This document shows, one piece after another, positions 9,795-19,453 of a stretch of 64,000 bases of DNA. The notes under the pieces are model-generated. The model saw only the letters and a program-made list of their open reading frames with translations. It ran no database searches and was not told the DNA's origin. This stretch comes from Lachnospiraceae bacterium (GTDB lineage Bacteria > Bacillota > Clostridia > Lachnospirales > Lachnospiraceae). Within the stretch, counting starts at the first letter, position 1, and the number at the start of each line of letters is the position of its first letter. The stretch covers positions 48,128 to 112,127 of the forward strand of contig JAFSTX010000065.1 in assembly GCA_017445585.1 (NCBI GenBank), read 5' to 3'. The position numbers and the translations under genes were made by a program.

Positions 9795-10160
9795 TCAGTT
9801 TTCTCCCGGGATGGTCTCTATGAGCTTTCCGTCCCTCCAGATGCGCTCCAGATCGTAAAATCTGCGGTCCTCGCGTGAGAAAACGTTGATGATGACGTCG
9901 CCGTAGTCCATCAGGACCCAGTTGGCGGCGTTGTATCCTTCGGTGGATCTGGGCGTAAAGCCGGCTCTGCCGAGCTTTTCATCCACGTTGTCCACGAGAG
10001 CGTGGACCTGGTTGGGATTTTCGCCGTTTGTGATAATAAAATAGTCCGCTATCGTCGAGATACCGGATATATCGATGACCTTGATATCTGCGGCCTTCTT
10101 TTCGGAAAGAGCCTCGCAGGCAAGGTCGACCATCTGTTTTATCTTTTCCTGTTCTGTCAT
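9795..10160 (-). CDS. rsfS: Ribosome silencing factor RsfS (iojap family)
   Basis: Start at MTEQEKIKQMV. Motifs ADYFIITNG.N..Q..A and WVLMDYGDVIINVF...R.FYDLERIW. Follows nadD/yqeK as in B. subtilis. Confidence 0.85.
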   Translation of the reverse strand: MTEQEKIKQMVDLACEALSEKKAADIKVIDISGISTIADYFIITNGENPNQVHALVDNVDEKLGRAGFTPRSTEGYNAANWVLMDYGDVIINVFSREDRRFYDLERIWRDGKLIETIPGEN

Positions 10161-10191
10161 AAATGCTCCGTTTGCAAAAGAGCCAATCGGC

Positions 10192-11298
10192 TCAACAGTA
10201 GAAACTGTATTTATTATAGACGCTGAGAGTGGCCTCGTCAATTGACTTGCCCTTTTCTTTCAGGTGGCTGAGCGTTGACGCGGCGCAGGCAAAAACCGCC
10301 TTTTTTATGTCCGAATAGGCCAGCTCCCGAAGGCGCTCCAGATCCGGTATCCCCTCGCGCCCGGGCTCGATCATATCGGCTACATAGACTATCTCTTCGA
10401 GCAGGCCCATGTCCGGACTTCCCACGGTATGGTGGGCTATAGCAGACAGGATCTCTTTATCCTCTATACCGTAGTATTTCTCTGCTATCGCAGCTCCGGC
10501 CGCTGCGTGTCCGAGCGCGCCTCCGTAAGGTTTTCCCACATCGTGAAGCAGCCCGGCAAGATATGCCCTGTCCGGGTCTTCGCCGTATATGCAGGCCATA
10601 TCGCAGGCAGTATCGGCCACTCCGAGACTGTGGATAAACCGCGAGGGCTTGAGCTCCCTCCGGAGCCTGGCTTTCATCTGCTCAAGTGACGGATGCGGCC
10701 TGTAAAGCCCGATCTCGCGTATATATTCGAGCACTGCCGCCGGCACCTCGTCTTCGGCTTCATCCTTCGCCGCTCTCTCGCGGATCTCGGTGGAGCTGGT
10801 TTCAAAGCCGTCCCAATCTACGAGATGGATCCTTGCGCCAAAGCGCTCCCGCAGGCTGTCTATCTCGGAAGAAAGCCTTTCGTCTCCGGTCTGATCTCTG
10901 CGTCCAAAGACCGCCAGAGACGCCAGATCGCAAATCTTTTCAGGCTCGTGCCACGTGGAAAACTGGACGAGCGTGTCGGCGCCGAGTATGAAGAAAAGCT
11001 CATCGCCGGGATATTTCTCCGAAAGCTCTTTGAGAGTATCGGAGGTATACGTCTGCCCTTCTCTTGCTATCTCCATATCCGAAGCTTCAAAAGCCGGCTC
11101 TCCTTCGATCGCAAGCTTTGTCATGTTCAGGCGGTGGACGGCGAGAGATATATTCTGCGAGCCCGATTTGAAATACGGATCGCCAGCCGGTATGAAAACG
11201 ACCTTATCCAGCCACAGGCCAGATAAGGCTGTCTTCGCCATCAGAATATGTCCCTTGTGTATGGGATCAAACGTCCCGCCGAGGATACCGAGTCTCAT
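10192..11298 (-). CDS. nadD: Fusion of nicotinate-nucleotide adenylyltransferase NadD and the HD-domain Ap4A hydrolase YqeK
   Basis: N-terminal half has GILGGTFDPIHKGH (the NadD HxGH motif) ...SSTEIR. C-terminal half has RFIHSLGVADTA...LLHDVGK...IAHHT, the YqeK HD motifs. One uninterrupted 368-aa frame. Confidence 0.85.
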   Translation of the reverse strand: MRLGILGGTFDPIHKGHILMAKTALSGLWLDKVVFIPAGDPYFKSGSQNISLAVHRLNMTKLAIEGEPAFEASDMEIAREGQTYTSDTLKELSEKYPGDELFFILGADTLVQFSTWHEPEKICDLASLAVFGRRDQTGDERLSSEIDSLRERFGARIHLVDWDGFETSSTEIRERAAKDEAEDEVPAAVLEYIREIGLYRPHPSLEQMKARLRRELKPSRFIHSLGVADTACDMACIYGEDPDRAYLAGLLHDVGKPYGGALGHAAAGAAIAEKYYGIEDKEILSAIAHHTVGSPDMGLLEEIVYVADMIEPGREGIPDLERLRELAYSDIKKAVFACAASTLSHLKEKGKSIDEATLSVYNKYSFYC

Positions 11299-11595
11299 CT
11301 ATACCTCTATTCCTATCTTACGGTCTTTGGGATCCTTTGCCGGACGGTAGAGGACGATCTTGCGCCCTATGACCTGTACCAGCTGGCTGCGCGTGCGCTC
11401 TGCGAGGGTATTCCCCAGTTCTCTCAGATCATCCATGCAGTTCTTGTTTACGTCGATCTTGACCAGCTCGCGCGCGGCTATGGCCTCCTCGACCGACGCG
11501 GTAAGCTCCGGTGTCAGAGACGCTTTCCCTATGTGAGCCACAGGCTCTATCTTCTGTGCCAGACTCATAAGTCTGCTTCTGTCTTTGCTTGTCAT
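11299..11595 (-). CDS. yhbY: YhbY-family (CRM domain) RNA-binding protein
   Basis: Start at MTSKDRSRLMSLAQKIEPVAHIGKASLT...ELVKI...IGRKIVLYRP. The ORF-track extension would overlap obg. Confidence 0.8.
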   Translation of the reverse strand: MTSKDRSRLMSLAQKIEPVAHIGKASLTPELTASVEEAIAARELVKIDVNKNCMDDLRELGNTLAERTRSQLVQVIGRKIVLYRPAKDPKDRKIGIEV

Positions 11596-11605
11596 AAGTG
11601 CTCCG

Positions 11606-12886
11606 TTATTCGTAGTAATCAAATTCATGTCCGTACATACGAACCGTATCTCCCTGCTGTATGCCGGCATCCTCGAGGGCCTTCTGTATGCCGCGTTCCT
11701 TTATGAATTTCTGGAAAAACGCGAAGCCTCTCTCGCTCTCCAGATTCGTATATCCAAGCATCTTCTCGATCAGCGGGCCCTCTACCACGTAAACGCCCTT
11801 CTCAACGGTAACGTCAAAGGGCAGGTCCTCGATCTGCTCGCCGAATACGAATTCGCGTTCAAAGCGCACCGGCTTGTCCGGCAGAGTCTTACGAAGGTTA
11901 TTGATGGCGTAGAGAAACTCTTTGATGCCGGCTCCGGTCGCTCCCGATATGGGATAAACTTCTATGCCGAAAGGCTGCGCAGCGCTTTTTAGTCTTGCGA
12001 TGGCCGCATCCCTGTCCTCCTCGCTCATCAGATCGCATTTATTTGCTCCGATGATCTGAGGAAGCTTTTCCAGATCCTCGTTGTAGGCCTTAAGCTCATG
12101 CATGATCGCGGAAAAATCCTCTACCGGATCGCGCCCCTCAAGGCCCGAAATATCGATCAGATGCACCAGCAGCCTGGTACGCTCTATATGGCGCAGGAAG
12201 GTATGTCCCAGGCCGACGCCCTCGGACGCTCCGTCGATAAGCCCGGGAATGTCCGCGATGACAAATCCGTCGCCGTCCGGCAGGTCCACGACTCCGAGAT
12301 TAGGAGCAAGCGTGGTGAAGTGATAGTTTGCGATCTTGGGGCGCGCATTCGTAACGCGCGAGAGGAAAGTGGATTTACCGACGTTCGGGTAGCCCACAAG
12401 TCCCACGTCCGCGATGCTCTTGAGCTCGAGGATCACCTCCAGCTCCTGACCGGGTTTGCCGGGCTTGGCGTATTTTGGAGCCTGCATGACGGCGGTGGCA
12501 TAGTGCATATTGCCGATGCCTCCGCGCCCTCCGTATAGGATGATCTCGCGCATGTTATCGCCCGACATATCGGTGATGACTTTGCCGCTTTCGGCCTCTC
12601 TGACGACCGTGCCTTCAGGCACCTTGATAACAAGATCCTCGCCGTTTGCGCCGTGGCAGCGGCGTTTGCCGCCCTCCTGTCCGTTGCCGGCGACGTATTT
12701 TCTCTTGTGTTTGAAGTCGGTCAGGGTATTGAGGCCCTTGTCTACTTCGAATATTATATCTCCGCCTTTTCCGCCGTCACCGCCGTCGGGACCGCCGTCG
12801 GGCACGTAAAGCTCGCGGCGGAAACTGATATGTCCGTCGCCGCCGTTTCCGGATCTGATATATATCTTTGCGTAATCAGCAAACAT
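11606..12886 (-). CDS. obg: GTPase Obg/CgtA
   Basis: MFADYAKIYIRSGNGGDGHISFRRE... Obg fold, G-domain GYPNVGKST / DIPGLI / NKCD, and a C-terminal OCT domain. Start trimmed to the conserved MF.D. Confidence 0.92.
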   Translation of the reverse strand: MFADYAKIYIRSGNGGDGHISFRRELYVPDGGPDGGDGGKGGDIIFEVDKGLNTLTDFKHKRKYVAGNGQEGGKRRCHGANGEDLVIKVPEGTVVREAESGKVITDMSGDNMREIILYGGRGGIGNMHYATAVMQAPKYAKPGKPGQELEVILELKSIADVGLVGYPNVGKSTFLSRVTNARPKIANYHFTTLAPNLGVVDLPDGDGFVIADIPGLIDGASEGVGLGHTFLRHIERTRLLVHLIDISGLEGRDPVEDFSAIMHELKAYNEDLEKLPQIIGANKCDLMSEEDRDAAIARLKSAAQPFGIEVYPISGATGAGIKEFLYAINNLRKTLPDKPVRFEREFVFGEQIEDLPFDVTVEKGVYVVEGPLIEKMLGYTNLESERGFAFFQKFIKERGIQKALEDAGIQQGDTVRMYGHEFDYYE

Positions 12887-12956
12887 ACTTCCCTCACAGT
12901 TGTTAAAGTAAAGAAAAAGCGGCGCAATCAATACGCCGCTGATAGTCTGTTGAAAC

Positions 12957-13217
12957 TTAAGCCTCCTGGGGATAAACAGAAACCTGCTTCTTGTCTCTGC
13001 CCTTCCTCTCGTAACGAACGATGCCGTCCGTCAGAGCGAACAGGGTGTCATCACCGCCGCGGCCGACGTTGTTGCCGGGATGGATCTTGGTCCCGCGCTG
13101 ACGATAGAGAATGTTGCCGGCCAGGACGAACTGTCCGTCAGCTCTCTTTGCGCCCAGGCGCTTCGCCTCGGAATCTCTGCCGTTTTTGGTAGAGCCGACA
13201 CCTTTTTTATGAGCCAT
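12957..13217 (-). CDS. rpmA: 50S ribosomal protein L27 (no N-terminal pro-peptide)
   Basis: [29 protein letters not shown]... An AGGAGGTG SD lies upstream, and an in-frame TAA immediately precedes the ATG. Confidence 0.95.
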   Translation of the reverse strand: MAHKKGVGSTKNGRDSEAKRLGAKRADGQFVLAGNILYRQRGTKIHPGNNVGRGGDDTLFALTDGIVRYERKGRDKKQVSVYPQEA

Positions 13218-13259
13218 TAAAAAACACCTCCTAACAATTTACGGTTGGATCCTGACGGA

Positions 13260-13568
13260 TCACTTAACGATAGACTCGATCTTGAAAGCGGTAAAGGGCT
13301 GTCTGTGGCCGTTCTTTTTGTGATAGCCGCTCTTCGGCTTATACTTGTAAACGATGACCTTTTTGCCCTTGCCCTGGCCAACTGCGGTGGCCTTGACTAC
13401 TGCGCCTGCTACTGTAGGATTGCCTACTGTAAGCTCGCCGTCTGATACCGCCAGGACCTGATCAAACTCGTAAGCAGCGCCTTCCTCGACGTCAAGCTTC
13501 TCTACGCGGATAACATCGCCTTCGGAAACCTTGTACTGCTTACCGCCTGTTGCAATAATAGCGTACAT
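13260..13568 (-). CDS. rplU: 50S ribosomal protein L21
   Basis: [25 protein letters not shown]...[19 protein letters not shown]. Confidence 0.95.
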   Translation of the reverse strand: MYAIIATGGKQYKVSEGDVIRVEKLDVEEGAAYEFDQVLAVSDGELTVGNPTVAGAVVKATAVGQGKGKKVIVYKYKPKSGYHKKNGHRQPFTAFKIESIVK

Positions 13569-13693
13569 GAATGACTCCTCCTTTGTTTCAATCTCGCCAA
13601 TTACGGTGGCCCGAAAGGACTCTTAAACCTTTTTGCGCGGCATGTGCCCAAAAGCACCAATAGAATATAACATTTTACCTGCGTTTATGTCAA
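13569..13693 (-). promoter_or_regulatory. rplU promoter plus structured 5' leader of about 95 nt (possible L21-leader type element)
   Basis: Minus strand has TTGACA (13693-13688), an 18-nt spacer, then TATATT (13669-13664). The leader contains GGTG...CACC and GTCC-TTTC-GGGC pairings. Leader identity was not verified against a covariance model. Confidence 0.4.
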
Positions 13694-13703
13694 GCACTAT
13701 TTT

Positions 13704-14828
13704 TCACGCGAGCTGTTCCTTAAGGCTGCGCAGCATCTTCTTTCTCGTGACCTCCACGAGGTTAAGCTTTGTCACATCCACAAAGCTGGCCTTGACGGGG
13801 TCGTTAAACAGCTCCTTTTTCAGTACGGAAACGAGCTCGTCCAGATGTCCCTTGGATTTCATATCTATAAAATCTATAATGATCATTCCGGAGATATTGC
13901 GCAGACGCAGCTGGGCAGCGGCCTCCCGCGCGGCCTCGAGATTGGTCTTGAAAAAGACCTCTTCCATCTTGCCTTTTGTGTCGTTTTTCCCGGTATTTAC
14001 ATCGATGACCGTCAGGGCTTCGGTCTCGTCGATCACAAGATATCCGCCGCTCTTTAGCCAGACCTTTCTGGCAAGCGCATCCTCGATAGCGCTTTCGATC
14101 CTGTAAAGCTTTACGAGGCTGAGCATTTCATCCTGATAAAACTCGGCCTTGATCTCAGGGAACGAGCTGAGGATATCCTCGTATATTTCCCTTACGTCCG
14201 TGACGGCGCAGATCTCGCCGCGGTGATCCCTGAGCTTGTCCGAATATACGCTTGAGCCGGAGTAAAGCTTTTTAAACGGCACGCTGTGGGAAGCGCTCTC
14301 CCTCAGAGCGCGAAGCATCTCCATATGCGCCCTGGCTTCCTCGAGAATGACCTCGTTTTCGGCTTCAAGAGCATTGGTCCTGATGATGAAGCTGAATTCG
14401 TCGTCGTAAGAAAATTCCACGTCAAAGAGCTGCTGGAGCTCGAAGCGCCTGGGCCCGTCAGGGATCTTGGAGGAGATGCCGAGGCTGTATATACCCTCGG
14501 TCACGACCACATATTTTCCCGGTATCGACAGACGAATATCGCACTCGGCGTCCTTTGTCTTGACGGCCTCGCGCTTTATCTGGACCGGAAGCTCCTGCCC
14601 GATCTTCAGCTTTTCGTCCGGCTTCATCTGATAAAAGCATTTGACTCCGTCGGCGACTTCTATGAAGGCGGCCTTGATATTCTCGGCGATGCTCTCCACT
14701 CTTCCGGTATAAATATCATCTATACGCACACGGCCGCTTTCTTCAAAACTGATGTCGAGTATGCGCTTTTCATCGGTCTCGGCAGTCATGATCCTCCCGT
14801 TGTACTGCGTGATTATGATCTTGTTCAT
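13704..14828 (-). CDS. rng: Rne/Rng-family ribonuclease (RNase G-like, short form)
   Basis: S1-like N-domain (IYTGRVESIAENIKAAFIEV) and catalytic core (GGYLVIDETEALTVIDVNTGK ... NISGMIIIDFIDM). Confidence 0.8.
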   Translation of the reverse strand: MNKIIITQYNGRIMTAETDEKRILDISFEESGRVRIDDIYTGRVESIAENIKAAFIEVADGVKCFYQMKPDEKLKIGQELPVQIKREAVKTKDAECDIRLSIPGKYVVVTEGIYSLGISSKIPDGPRRFELQQLFDVEFSYDDEFSFIIRTNALEAENEVILEEARAHMEMLRALRESASHSVPFKKLYSGSSVYSDKLRDHRGEICAVTDVREIYEDILSSFPEIKAEFYQDEMLSLVKLYRIESAIEDALARKVWLKSGGYLVIDETEALTVIDVNTGKNDTKGKMEEVFFKTNLEAAREAAAQLRLRNISGMIIIDFIDMKSKGHLDELVSVLKKELFNDPVKASFVDVTKLNLVEVTRKKMLRSLKEQLA

Positions 14829-15544
14829 ATCTCTTCTCCCACCTCTCCGAGTGATGTCAGCTTGTCTTTATCCCCGGTAAACTGGTCAAGGCGCTCTATT
14901 CTGACTGTTCCGGTCTTAAAAGCCTGCTCGCCGCTAAGCGGAATGCCGCTGCTCTCAAAAAACGCGCTGAGCACGGCAACGGCTTTTACACTTTCGACAC
15001 TGCCCGCGGCAAGCAGCAGTCTGAGCTTTCCGGATGAAAACCCGGAATCCAGGATAAGAGGCCTCAGGTCTGTCTCAACAGTCTGCGTCTTGGTCTTTTT
15101 GATAACGGGGATGGAATCCCTCGATATAAAGCGCTGCCACATGCCGCAAAGGTCATACTCCGCCGCAAAGCTTTCGTCAAAGCTGACCATGTAGCTGCAG
15201 GCGGTAAGAGCAGCCATGGCGTTGTATTTGCCTTCATCCGGTATGCGCCTGACGCCAAGGACCCGGATCCCCTCGGTCATGGCGCCGTTTATCGCCTCAA
15301 GCAGCTCCCGTCCGCTCCCGCAGCTCTTAAGCTCCGCGTCAAAATACTCTCCCTGCGAGGTCATTCCCAGTCCCAGCGGAGAGGCAAACGAAAGTATCTG
15401 ATGAGGGTTGAATCCCTGTGAATAAGCTACGTCTATATGCGCGCGGCGGATGGCCTTCTGAAAGAATCTCATCATATCGAGATGCCCGAGATAACACGTC
15501 TCGCCTTCTTTGGAAAATCTGAATCTAACCTTCAAAGCAGACAC
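14825..15544 (-). CDS. TIGR03936-family radical-SAM-associated protein (DUF2344)
   Basis: N-terminus KVRFRFSKEGETCYLGHLDMMRFFQKAIRRA is the family signature. Always paired with the TIGR03960 enzyme upstream. Confidence 0.8.
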   Translation of the reverse strand: MSALKVRFRFSKEGETCYLGHLDMMRFFQKAIRRAHIDVAYSQGFNPHQILSFASPLGLGMTSQGEYFDAELKSCGSGRELLEAINGAMTEGIRVLGVRRIPDEGKYNAMAALTACSYMVSFDESFAAEYDLCGMWQRFISRDSIPVIKKTKTQTVETDLRPLILDSGFSSGKLRLLLAAGSVESVKAVAVLSAFFESSGIPLSGEQAFKTGTVRIERLDQFTGDKDKLTSLGEVGEEI

Positions 15545-17387
15545 CTCCTCCGTATACGCGCGCTCCGCAGCCGGCGCACTTTTCGCGGCAGTTGGGAGAG
15601 ACCTCGCCCCTCAGCGCCTTCTCCCACTCGCGCCTAAGAAAGCTCTTTGATACTCCGGTGTCTATGAAATCCCAGGGCAGGATCTCGTCGAGAGAGCGGG
15701 CGCGCACATTATAGAAATCCACGTCTATGCCGCACTCGGCAAAGGTCTCCATCCACAGATCATAGTTGAAATATTCGCTCCATGCGTCGTATATCTGACC
15801 CTTTTTATATGCCTCGAGGATCGCGGGCGCAATACGCCGGTCTCCTCTGGCAAATATCCCCTCGAGGATCGTTATGTCAGCGTCGTTGTACTGATAGTGG
15901 AGCGCGCGTGAATTGCGCGTGTTTTTGAAGCTGTCCTTGACTATATAGGCGCGCTCGAGATATTCGTCCTTGTGGAGCATCGTCGCCCACTGGAAGGGCG
16001 TAAAGGGCTTTGGCACAAAGAAAGACGAACTGGCGTTGATCTGGATCCTGCCCTGACGCTCCTCTTTGGGGATCTCGTCGTAATACTTCATGGCGACCTT
16101 TTCGCAGAGGTCCACGAGGCCGAGCAGGTCCTCGCGCGTCTCGGTGGGCTGCCCGAGCATAAAGTAAAATTTGACCTTGTTCCAGCCGGCCTTAAATGCC
16201 GCAAGGGCTCCGTCCAGTATATCTTCTTCGGTCAGGCCCTTGTTTATGACATCGCGCAGGCGCTGGGTCCCGGCCTCGGGCGCAAAGGTGACGGAGCTGC
16301 TGCGAACGTCGGTGAGAAGCTTCATTACTTCAAGCGAAAACTCGTCTATACGCAGTGAAGGCAGGGAGATATTGACCATACGGCGGTTGCACTCGTCTAT
16401 CAGGCCGCGGATCAGCGGCTCGATCTGGCTGTAGTCGCTGGAGCTGAGCGAGCTGAGGCATATCTCCTCCTGCCCGGTCTCATCGAGCATCCTGCGAGCC
16501 AGATCCATCAGCCAGTCCAGATCCTTCTCACGCTGTGGTTTGTAGACGCTTCCTGCCTGGCAGAACCGGCAGCCACGTATGCAGCCCCTCATGATCTCGA
16601 GGGTCACGCGGTCCTGGATAATGCGCATAAAGGGAACGATGGGCTTTTCCGGATAGTAGCTGCCGGTCAGATTCATCTCGACTACGCGCTTCACCTTTGC
16701 CGGCGCCTCTGGGCAGTTGGGCGTAAACGAGGCGATGGTACCGTCACCGCCGTAAGTGACGTCATAGAGCGAGGGGACGTAGATGCCGGGGATGGAAGCT
16801 GCGCGGCGCAGGTACTCGCGCCTGCCAAGGCCCTTTGCGCGGGCGGCTTTATATTCATCCACCACGTCATACATATTTGTCTCGGCCTCGCCGATATAGA
16901 ACATATCAAAAAAGTCCGCCATGGGCTCGGGATTGTAGGTGCAGGGGCCGCCTCCGATCACGATCGGGTCGTCCTCTCCCCGGTCCTTTGCGAGCAGCGG
17001 AATTCCCGCCAGATCCAGGACCTGCAGGATATTCGTATAGCACATCTCATACTGGAGCGTGATCCCCAGGAAATCGAAATCCCTGACTGGATCCTGGGAC
17101 TCCAGAGCAAAGAGCGGGATATGCCTCTCGCGCATGATCCTGTCGAGGTCCGGCCACGGGCTGTAAAGCCGCTCGCACCATATGTCCTCGCGGCGGTTGA
17201 GCATCTCGTATATTATCGGCAGGCCGAGGTGGCACATGCCCACGTCGTAGACGTCGGGGAAGCACATGACGTATCTGACCATGCCGGGTTTCAGATCCTT
17301 GTGCACGGAATTCAGCTCGTTTCCCAGATATCTGGCCGGTTTGTCGACGCTCATGAGCACGTCATGCGGAAGGGCTAATTTTCTCAT
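15525..17387 (-). CDS. TIGR03960-family B12-binding-domain radical SAM protein
   Basis: 620 aa with the radical-SAM cluster motif RGCIRGCRFCQAG and an N-terminal B12-like domain. Conserved partner gene downstream. Confidence 0.85.
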   Translation of the reverse strand: MRKLALPHDVLMSVDKPARYLGNELNSVHKDLKPGMVRYVMCFPDVYDVGMCHLGLPIIYEMLNRREDIWCERLYSPWPDLDRIMRERHIPLFALESQDPVRDFDFLGITLQYEMCYTNILQVLDLAGIPLLAKDRGEDDPIVIGGGPCTYNPEPMADFFDMFYIGEAETNMYDVVDEYKAARAKGLGRREYLRRAASIPGIYVPSLYDVTYGGDGTIASFTPNCPEAPAKVKRVVEMNLTGSYYPEKPIVPFMRIIQDRVTLEIMRGCIRGCRFCQAGSVYKPQREKDLDWLMDLARRMLDETGQEEICLSSLSSSDYSQIEPLIRGLIDECNRRMVNISLPSLRIDEFSLEVMKLLTDVRSSSVTFAPEAGTQRLRDVINKGLTEEDILDGALAAFKAGWNKVKFYFMLGQPTETREDLLGLVDLCEKVAMKYYDEIPKEERQGRIQINASSSFFVPKPFTPFQWATMLHKDEYLERAYIVKDSFKNTRNSRALHYQYNDADITILEGIFARGDRRIAPAILEAYKKGQIYDAWSEYFNYDLWMETFAECGIDVDFYNVRARSLDEILPWDFIDTGVSKSFLRREWEKALRGEVSPNCREKCAGCGARVYGGGVCFEG

Positions 17388-17917
17388 TCTCTCTCAAGTA
17401 TGTCCTTTTGAAGATTCGGTAAAAAGTGTATGTTCAGGCTGTTTTCGGCGGGAATGCGGCCCGTCTTGTCCATCTCATCGTAGGTGAAGCTCTTGCGCCC
17501 ACCGGCCTCTGCCCGGTCCCAGAAAAGCTTCATATCCCGGTAGGGCATATAGTAGAACTCATTTTTATGGGCGTAGTAGATGATAAAGAAAGCGATCCCC
17601 TGCTGTTTTTCGAAGTCGTCCATAAAAGCGATCTGGTGCTCCTGGACGTTCTGAAGAGAAAAAGTATCCACGTGGACTTCTTTTGCGTCAAAGCATATCG
17701 GTATGCCCTGCACGACCCCGAGATAGTCCACGGTGCTCTTCTGATCGAAGTATGCGAGGGTGATGTGCTTTGTCGCAGAATCGATGTTTACGGGCGTGAT
17801 CGGAGTCGGGATCTTCTGTATCAGCGCCAGACCGGCGTCCCTGTAGCGGGTTATCGTGTAATTGATGAGGTCTTCAAGCGTGGAGCCGCGAAGGCCGTGT
17901 TTTCCCCATGTCGCCAT
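17384..17917 (-). CDS. recU: Holliday junction resolvase RecU
   Basis: GSTLEDLIN.T...Y...GLALIQKIPTPI ... VDY.G...G..I.FDAKE ... EHQ pattern of RecU. Confidence 0.85.
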   Translation of the reverse strand: MATWGKHGLRGSTLEDLINYTITRYRDAGLALIQKIPTPITPVNIDSATKHITLAYFDQKSTVDYLGVVQGIPICFDAKEVHVDTFSLQNVQEHQIAFMDDFEKQQGIAFFIIYYAHKNEFYYMPYRDMKLFWDRAEAGGRKSFTYDEMDKTGRIPAENSLNIHFLPNLQKDILERE

Positions 17918-17919
17918 AT

Positions 17920-18858
17920 CTACTCTCCCATGGAAAGCCCCAGAAGGGCCGCCGTATCGGTAAAATCCTTTGGCGGAGCCGCAATAAAGCGCTCGCCGGT
18001 ATCCTTGAATACGAGCTCGTAAGAGTGCAGCAGCTGCCTGCGCGCGCGAGACAGATCGGCCGCTCCGTATTTCTTGTCTCCGACTATCGGATAGCCGAGG
18101 TACTGCATCGTGGCCCTGATCTGGTGGGTCTTGCCGGTCAGGAGCTTTACGCGGACGAGGCTGTAGCCGCCTTTTGTATCGAGAGGATAGATCTCCGTCG
18201 ATACGTGTTCCCCTCCGGATGATCCGTCTGTGCCAAGGCTGACGGTATTTGACGCGGCATCCTTGGTCAGATAACCGTCAAAGCCCGTATTTTGGCTTAA
18301 TTCACCCCTGACTATCGCGAGGTAATACTTGTCCGCCTTTCGCTCGCGGAAGGCCTCTGAGAGGCTCTGGAGGCCTCTGAGCGTCTTGCCCGCCGTGATG
18401 AGTCCGCTCGTATTGCGGTCAAGCCTGTTGCATACGCCCGGAGAAAAGACTTTTCTGCCATCCGCGGCATCCCCGCGTCTGTCGGCGAGATACGCAGCAA
18501 GATACTCGCACAGCGAGATATCTTCGGGACGTGCCTTCTGGGAAAGCATCCCGGCTGGTTTGTTGATAAATATCACGTCATCGTCCTCGTAGATAATATC
18601 AAGGTCGATGCGCGGGATCCCGGAAGCCTTATCTGCACCGGCGGTAAACTTTTCAAGAGTCTCGTCGGAGAAAAAGAGCTTTATATGGTCTCCGCTTTGA
18701 AGTATCTCGGATCCGTCGGCTTTTGCTCCGTTAAGGGTTATGTTCTTTTTCCTGAGCATCTTATAAAGAAAAGACCTGCTTGCCTGACGCAGGTATTTTC
18801 CCAGGTATTTATCAAAGCGGCCTCCGGCCTCGCCGGGACTGATGATTATCTCTCTCAT
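17920..18858 (-). CDS. RluA-family pseudouridine synthase (S4 domain + catalytic domain)
   Basis: S4-like N-terminus (RFDKYL...), catalytic HRLDRNTSG variant (CNRLDRNTSGLI), and KTHQIR near the C-terminus. Confidence 0.88.
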   Translation of the reverse strand: MREIIISPGEAGGRFDKYLGKYLRQASRSFLYKMLRKKNITLNGAKADGSEILQSGDHIKLFFSDETLEKFTAGADKASGIPRIDLDIIYEDDDVIFINKPAGMLSQKARPEDISLCEYLAAYLADRRGDAADGRKVFSPGVCNRLDRNTSGLITAGKTLRGLQSLSEAFRERKADKYYLAIVRGELSQNTGFDGYLTKDAASNTVSLGTDGSSGGEHVSTEIYPLDTKGGYSLVRVKLLTGKTHQIRATMQYLGYPIVGDKKYGAADLSRARRQLLHSYELVFKDTGERFIAAPPKDFTDTAALLGLSMGE

Positions 18859-18859
18859 A

Positions 18860-19426
18860 TCACATGCAGGTAAGGATCAAAGTCTCTTTGATCAGCTCTG
18901 CCCTCTTCTCGTCCGCGCAGGGTTTAAGTCCGTTCACTGCCTTGAGGAAGCCGTCAAAGTCCTCGTATATCCTGAACGAGGTCGTTACGCCGCGTTTTTT
19001 GAGCAGGTCGGTTATATGGGCCTCAGGGCGGAAGCGCTCCTTCAGCCTGGCAGGGGCGTACGCGGCGATCCCCGAGGCGTGGATTATGGCAAAGGCAAAA
19101 AAGAAGCGCTTGCCGTCGCCGTCCACGACCACCAGATCGGAAAGGAGCATGCCGGGCTCTTCAAAATTGCGGACCATAGAATACTGATCCGCTCCGGCGC
19201 TGTGAATCCTTATGAGCGCGGCAAGGTTTGCAAAGAAATTCGCGAACGGAATAACGCACAGCAGAGCCGGGACCATGAGCAGATTCTTCACGGTGCCGAA
19301 TATGAGAAGTCCCGCCGTGATCAGCGCGGCGATAAAAAAAGCCAGCACCAGCGAAAACAACGCCAGCTTGCGCTTTTTATAATCTACATATCCGTATGTG
19401 CCCGGTCTGAGTCTGTCGGAAAGCAT
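18860..19426 (-). CDS. Hypothetical membrane protein
   Basis: 188 aa with two N-terminal hydrophobic helices. No motif recognised. Tightly packed behind the rluA-family gene. Confidence 0.55.
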   Translation of the reverse strand: MLSDRLRPGTYGYVDYKKRKLALFSLVLAFFIAALITAGLLIFGTVKNLLMVPALLCVIPFANFFANLAALIRIHSAGADQYSMVRNFEEPGMLLSDLVVVDGDGKRFFFAFAIIHASGIAAYAPARLKERFRPEAHITDLLKKRGVTTSFRIYEDFDGFLKAVNGLKPCADEKRAELIKETLILTCM

Positions 19427-19453
19427 CTCTCCTCCTGCAGAAAGTGAATTTCA

